Shown in pieces: positions 27,641 to 32,000 of a stretch of 32,000 nt of DNA. Numbering within the stretch: position 1 is the stretch's first letter; each line of letters opens with the position of its first letter. Below the pieces are notes generated by a model, which had not been told where the DNA came from, did not search any database, and saw nothing but the letters and a program-made list of their open reading frames with translations. Where the stretch lies: contig CBDCIS010000003.1 in NCBI GenBank assembly GCA_965217565.1, forward strand, positions 550,876 to 582,875. Direction: 5' to 3'. The position numbers and the translations under genes are program-made. This DNA is from Dehalococcoidia bacterium. GTDB lineage: Bacteria > Chloroflexota > Dehalococcoidia > Lucifugimonadales > CATOSD01.

Positions 27641-27786
27641 ACTATCTCAAAACTACTCTGGAGCATCAAAGTTTCGCATCCCAACGCACGTGGATTGCCG
27701 AACGGCGAGCCATTGCGATGGGTTCCCGCCCCGTATCGGAGTACGGGGCAGGCCTTTCGCGGGAAAGACGGCACTTTTGAGATAGT
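27641..27786. repeat. MITE-like element with 12-bp perfect terminal inverted repeats (ACTATCTCAAAA / TTTTGAGATAGT)
   Basis: TIRs at 27641-27652 and 27775-27786. It contains the family B motif (27692-27711) and an 8-bp-stem hairpin GCCCCGTA...TACGGGGC. Confidence 0.7.
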
Positions 27787-27788
27787 TT

Positions 27789-28889
27789 CTAAAGCTCGTA
27801 CTTCTGCCGGGCCGCGTTATGGGCCGGGTCGTCCAGGCGAAACACGTCCGGGTTGCGCTTCGACTCGACCGCGAGCCAGTACGTGAACAGTTGCAGCGGA
27901 ACCAGGTAAACAATCGGCGTCAACGCCTCGCTCATGGCGGGGAGCGTCAGCGAGGTCTTGACCATCCCGGACAACTCGCTATCGCCCTCCTCGACCAGGG
28001 CAGCGGAGTGGCCGCCCACCGTGTTCACCGCCGCGATGATCTCGATGGCGCGGTCACGCCCACGTCCGGGCGGCGCGATGAACGTTGTCATCACGCCCGG
28101 ATGCGTCGCCACGTATGGCCCGTGCAGATACTGTTCGACCTGGAACCCCTCGGTCCTGAGATAGCTGCTCTCCTTGATCTTCAGCGCGGCCTCGTAGGCG
28201 GTGGAGGCGTTGGGGCCCCAGCCCGTGAAGTAGTGTCTCTCCGCGCCGATGCCCTCGCGCGCCCAATCGCGTATCGCGGGCTCCAGTTCGAGCGCCGCCC
28301 CCACCAAGCCGGGCAGCCGCGCCAACTCGCGCCGCAATTCGTCTGCCTCCGCACATCCCGCCGCCGCGCCAACCTCTGCTGCGAGCATGGCGAGCGCGGT
28401 CATGGCCCCCGTGTGGCTGATGGTGAAAGCGGACGACAGGTCCGCCGTGGACGTTCGCACGACGACATCCGCGAGGTCGATTCGGGCGTCCGAGCCGATG
28501 CCGGTCACCACCGCGGTCGTCGCGCCGGCGGCCTTCGCCGACTCCAACGCGCGCAGCGAGTACCGCTTCGTCCCCCGGTGGCTCATCACGATGACCACGT
28601 CGGCGGAGGTTATCGTGGGCGGGTAGGCGTCGAACTCGAATGAGTTCCAGGCGCGCGCGTCCTCGCGTCCCCCGATCGTGCGGAGCAGGTGCTCGCCCAC
28701 GAGCGCGGCGTGCCACGACGTGCCGATGCCCACGACCAACACTCGGCTGGCGGACTCGACGGCACGGGCGAGCGCGCCAATGGCGTCCCCCTCCTCCTCC
28801 AGGATGCGGCCGATCGCCGAAGGCTGGCCGTAGATAGCTTCGTACATGTGGAACGGGTGGAATGGGCGTCGTTCGGCCTGGCTGGTCAT
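27789..28889 (-). CDS. SIS-domain sugar isomerase/aminotransferase-like protein (GlmS isomerase-domain/FrlB-like)
   Basis: Two SIS halves. VVGIGTSWHAA resembles the GlmS CGTSYHA motif. AAGGAG RBS. Confidence 0.85.
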   Translation of the reverse strand: MTSQAERRPFHPFHMYEAIYGQPSAIGRILEEEGDAIGALARAVESASRVLVVGIGTSWHAALVGEHLLRTIGGREDARAWNSFEFDAYPPTITSADVVIVMSHRGTKRYSLRALESAKAAGATTAVVTGIGSDARIDLADVVVRTSTADLSSAFTISHTGAMTALAMLAAEVGAAAGCAEADELRRELARLPGLVGAALELEPAIRDWAREGIGAERHYFTGWGPNASTAYEAALKIKESSYLRTEGFQVEQYLHGPYVATHPGVMTTFIAPPGRGRDRAIEIIAAVNTVGGHSAALVEEGDSELSGMVKTSLTLPAMSEALTPIVYLVPLQLFTYWLAVESKRNPDVFRLDDPAHNAARQKYEL

Positions 28890-28901
28890 GCTTTCTCCTT
28901 C

Positions 28902-30101
28902 CTACCATGCTGCCTTGAGGAACTCGTACAGGTCATCGATGGCGTCGGCCCTGGGGGCGCCCCAAGAGAACGACGGCTCCTCCGCGTCGTCCTCGGCTAT
29001 GGAGCGCATGTCCCCTTCGGGCACGCCTAGGTCTCGGACACGCGTGGGCAGCCCCAGCGACTTCAGGAAATCGGTAACCGCGACGGTCGCCGCCTCCGCT
29101 GCCGCCGCGTCCGACATCCCCTCGCGCTTTACGCCAAGCAGTTCGGCCAGCCTGACCTGTCCCGACATTAGGGCGTCGCGATTGCGCCGCATGTTGGCGG
29201 AGACGAACGCCGCGCCCGCGGCCCCCTGCCCGATGCCGTCGTAGCGATACCTGATCTGCCGGTCGAGGCTCGTGCTGACGCCACCCCCACCGACGCCCGC
29301 CGCGTCCGACGCGCGGTTCGCCAGCAGAGCCGCCGCCGCGAGCTGTATGCGAACGTCGGGGTCGTCCGGCCGGGCTGCCAGGCCCGGCATGTACGTGAGC
29401 GAAAGCTCCAGGGCTTCGCGCAGGTCGGCGTAGCTGAACGGGTTGAGGTTCCGCGACTGCAGCGAGCCAACCACGCCGTTGAAGGTGGTCGTGGCGGTGT
29501 CCAGGTACAGCGACAGGGGAGCCGTTAGAAGCGCTTCGCCGTCCAGGATGATGGTGGTTGGGCGCACCTTGGGGTCGAACAGTTCCAGGCGATGCGGGCG
29601 CTTGTTGTCCAGCACCGCCGCGCCGCCGCGATTCGCTCCGTTGGTGGGCGTGGTCAGCACGAGGATGTTGGGCAGCTTGGGCTTCGTCAGGCGTGGGCTG
29701 ACTGGCGCCTGTCCCGCCGGGTGCTTGGTGCAGAGGTCGTGGACGCTGCCCTCCTCGGCCAGCAGGATAGTGACGGCCCGCGCCGTCACCACCGCGCTGC
29801 CGCCTCCAACGGCGATTATCAGGTCGGCCTCCGCGGCCCGGGCCGCCTCGACGCCAGCCTCGACAGAGGGAATCGGCGACTCTTTGCGTGCGCCCGCGTA
29901 TGCGCCGGCGTACATGTCGCCCAGCGTCCTGTGAACGCGGTCGGGGAGGTTGGTTTCGCGGGCGACGGTGGGGCTGCAAACTGCGAAGGCGCGCTTTGCG
30001 CCAAGGCGCCGAGCCTCTCCATTCAGGTGCGACAGCGCGTCCATGCCCGCGTAAACACGCACCCCAGGGTCTCGGTAGCGATAGGACGAGGCTTGCGCCA
30101 C
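28902..30101 (-). CDS. Iron-containing alcohol dehydrogenase-family protein
   Basis: IAVGGGSAVVTARAV glycine motif and overall Fe-ADH-like layout. The GTG at 30101 is preferred because AAGGAGG lies 5 nt upstream; the ORF track opens at the TTG at 30128. Confidence 0.7.
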   Translation of the reverse strand: MAQASSYRYRDPGVRVYAGMDALSHLNGEARRLGAKRAFAVCSPTVARETNLPDRVHRTLGDMYAGAYAGARKESPIPSVEAGVEAARAAEADLIIAVGGGSAVVTARAVTILLAEEGSVHDLCTKHPAGQAPVSPRLTKPKLPNILVLTTPTNGANRGGAAVLDNKRPHRLELFDPKVRPTTIILDGEALLTAPLSLYLDTATTTFNGVVGSLQSRNLNPFSYADLREALELSLTYMPGLAARPDDPDVRIQLAAAALLANRASDAAGVGGGGVSTSLDRQIRYRYDGIGQGAAGAAFVSANMRRNRDALMSGQVRLAELLGVKREGMSDAAAAEAATVAVTDFLKSLGLPTRVRDLGVPEGDMRSIAEDDAEEPSFSWGAPRADAIDDLYEFLKAAW

Positions 30102-30199
30102 GACGGCCTCCTTCTCATGGCCTATCAAATGCCAATGGCGTAACTTTCGACTATGGTGATAGTGGCATTATACATCCAACGGGCCGCGTGGTGCGGGGG

Positions 30200-30970
30200 T
30201 TACTCGTGCTGGATTTTATCAGCGTAAACCATCTCCATGCGTAAGCCCTTTGAGTCTTTCGGAGGCATAGCCGGCAGCGTTCTGAGCAGGTACCGCTTAC
30301 CGAGACAGACCTCCCGCGCTGTAACCGCGGCAACGAGCGCGTCGAGAATGTCGTCCTTGGCGACGCACTTCCTCATAAACCTGTCCATTGTGCAGCGGTA
30401 GATTTCGTCCGTTCGAGGTTGGATGCGCTTCAAGACCTCTTTGCGTTCACGCCTACCTTCGCGCCTCGTCTTCTTATGGCACATGGCCTGATTTTGATTC
30501 AAAGCCCAAAAGCAAAGCTCCGGGTGGGCTTCCCGAATCTCTGGAGATTCGCCCCCCTTGCGGTCGAGCAAGAAGTCGTCAACCTCTCCGATCTTTGGGA
30601 TTATGTTATGGGTCTGCTGATTGATCATCTTGCCCATCAGCTGTTTTGCTACGCTCTTCGCTACTTCATAATCCCGGTTACTCCTCAGTTGGCGCGCCGC
30701 CTCACGACTGGGCACGGGGAAGACGCTCGAACTTCGAGGATTGCCCAGCTTCCTGCGCGCCTCGGAGTCGCAGTCTCTATGACCTGTTTCGTCGCTCAAC
30801 CCAATCGGGATGTCCACCAGAATGAGATACGCCTTGTTGTAGTAGGCGACTAGGTCGGCGAACTTCGCGAACACCTTGTATTCGTCGTTGTCTTTCTCGT
30901 CGAACCCCACGCTGAACCAGCCGGCCTTGCAGCCGTCCACGCCTACGTACTTGGAGTTGCTCCTAGACAT
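30200..30970 (-). CDS. DUF429-family protein (predicted RNase H-fold nuclease)
   Basis: VGVDGCKAGW, LVDIPIGL, RDCDSEARRKLG..SSSVF, HPELCF and DDILDALV motifs. AAGGAG RBS. About 45-50% GC. Confidence 0.75.
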   Translation of the reverse strand: MSRSNSKYVGVDGCKAGWFSVGFDEKDNDEYKVFAKFADLVAYYNKAYLILVDIPIGLSDETGHRDCDSEARRKLGNPRSSSVFPVPSREAARQLRSNRDYEVAKSVAKQLMGKMINQQTHNIIPKIGEVDDFLLDRKGGESPEIREAHPELCFWALNQNQAMCHKKTRREGRRERKEVLKRIQPRTDEIYRCTMDRFMRKCVAKDDILDALVAAVTAREVCLGKRYLLRTLPAMPPKDSKGLRMEMVYADKIQHE

Positions 30971-31052
30971 GGTTCACTCCTTAATGGAAATGGGTGAAAG
31001 CGGCGGCGGCAGACCATTTTCATGCAAACGTCCCGTGTTGGCAATGCCGGCA

Positions 31053-31554
31053 CAGGGTCTTTCGATTATTGCAATCTGGGCAAGCCCGCTCGACCTGAAC
31101 ATGTCGAAAGGCCATCCGCCAATCCCACATCCTCCGAATCCCACAATCGCAAAACCCCCGTAGGGGCTCGCCGCTCGGCAATCCTGATTCTGACAACACC
31201 TCCTTGACATACACGAACAATAATGCTACCATGTCTCTATTCACGCACACGCTGCCGCCATCTAGCTCGAACACATAGACATCCTGTATAGAAGACGAAC
31301 TCATCCCCAGTATCTCTGAATCGTCAATTCCTGATTCTGGCGACAGTGCAAAACCCACAGAAAACAGGGTGGCATTTCATGGCAAACAGCCGCGAACCTA
31401 CCGCACTTCCAGGCAGAACACTGGTAAACATCCTGCAAAATTCCAGACACCCCAAGTAGGGATGCATGAAAATACGATACCCACAGGGCTTTTGCCGTCA
31501 GCGAGTACATCCCGAGTCTGGCAGCGCCTGCACGCGAACAATCGAAAGACCCTG
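31053..31554. repeat. About 500-bp non-coding segment bounded by 18-nt inverted repeats (17/18)
   Basis: CAGGGTCTTTCGATTATT at 31053-31070 pairs with the reverse complement of 31537-31554 (CAGGGTCTTTCGATTGTT). Confidence 0.6.
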
Positions 31555-31571
31555 AATGTCGGCACACAAAG

Positions 31572-31599
31572 CCCCCTCCAGCCATCCGCATGGAGGGGG
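31572..31599 (-). terminator. Hairpin terminator (9-bp stem CCCCCTCCA/TGGAGGGGG) for the partial minus-strand gene
   Basis: Lies 31 nt downstream of the stop at 31631. It is followed on the minus strand by CTTTGTGTGCC. Confidence 0.55.
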
Positions 31600-31630
31600 G
31601 CTTGGCGGGCGCGTCGCGTGACGCCAGACG

Positions 31631-32000
31631 CTATGGGCTGTATCCGGTTGCAGGCCGTGTCGTGCTGCCCACAGGCGCGTCGCGGGTGATATGCGCCAAC
31701 AGGAAAGAGAAGTCGTGGTACGCCTCCAGGCTGCCGAGCGGCCTGGACAGCGACTCCAGTTGGTCCTGCAAGTCGAACAGGTCGTAGTACACGTTGGAGA
31801 AGTCCGAGTCGCCGGGGTACGGAAGCCCGCTGTACAGGTCGGCTGACAGCGCGACAATCGCGCCCAGCCGCGTCAGCGCATCGCCCGGCGAATCGAAGTC
31901 CGTGTCGCGTCTGACCAGTATCGAGGCGTGCTGCCTGTTGGACTCGTTGCTGACGGGCGTAACCCACCGGAGTTCGACGCTGCCCAGCTCGACGGGCGCT
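31631..32000 (-). CDS. Hypothetical protein, C-terminal 122 codons (5' end outside the window)
   Basis: Hand translation of the minus frame starting at 31999 is open to the window edge with a balanced composition (...DALTRLGAIVALSADLYSGLPYPGDSDFSNVYYDLFDLQDQLESL...). The listed overlapping ORFs are Arg-rich shadow frames. Confidence 0.5.
   Translation of the reverse strand, partial: APVELGSVELRWVTPVSNESNRQHASILVRRDTDFDSPGDALTRLGAIVALSADLYSGLPYPGDSDFSNVYYDLFDLQDQLESLSRPLGSLEAYHDFSFLLAHITRDAPVGSTTRPATGYSP

Noticed and set aside
28054-29979. Arg/Gly-rich ORFs (28054-28908, 28933-29979, both minus) overlapping the SIS and Fe-ADH-family genes
   Set aside because: They are out-of-frame reads of real genes, with extreme Arg/Gly/Pro content.
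31053-31554. Retron-like msr/msd interpretation of the IR-bounded element
   Set aside because: No reverse transcriptase gene lies adjacent, and the IRs are about 480 bp apart, far more than in retron ncRNAs.
30974-31689. ORFs in the DUF429 upstream region (30974-31210 minus, 31020-31358 minus, 31301-31591 minus, 31369-31689 plus)
   Set aside because: They are Cys/Trp/Arg-rich translations running through repeat motifs, without RBSs. The region is better explained as a non-coding repeat element.

Overview
High-GC bacterial chromosomal window (about 63-68% GC in hand-counted 60-nt samples of backbone genes). Many starts are preceded by a strong AAGGAGG-type RBS, including several TTG and GTG starts. 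The backbone is catabolic/redox and housekeeping: two amidohydrolases, a crotonase, two luciferase-like (LLM) oxidoreductases, a CoxM/CoxS/CoxL-type molybdenum hydroxylase, a DapA-family aldolase, an alpha/beta hydrolase, a hotdog thioesterase, a SIS-domain protein, an Fe-ADH-family protein, ftsH and nadE. This gene content plus a large ankyrin-repeat lipoprotein loosely suggests a Chloroflexota-like, possibly host-associated organism; that is a low-confidence inference. Several lower-GC islets (about 45-52%) interrupt the backbone. They are: (i) a promoter plus NYN-nuclease cassette bracketed by a 112-bp direct repeat; (ii) a Pmp3/YqaE gene inside the cox-like operon; (iii) a decayed toxin-antitoxin pair plus an Mrr-like nuclease (this islet is nearer 57% GC); (iv) a SAMHD1-like HD phosphohydrolase with a YwgA/DUF4065-like partner; (v) a DUF429 RNase-H-like gene with a roughly 500-bp IR-bounded non-coding element. 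A minus-strand gene string links a CysO/MoaD-type beta-grasp protein carrying a 14-residue tail beyond its GG motif to an LmbE-family amidase and a retropepsin-like protease. At least two families of short dispersed intergenic repeats are present. I recognised no rRNA, tRNA, CRISPR array, transposase or integrase. All family assignments come from motif recognition by eye; no searches were run.
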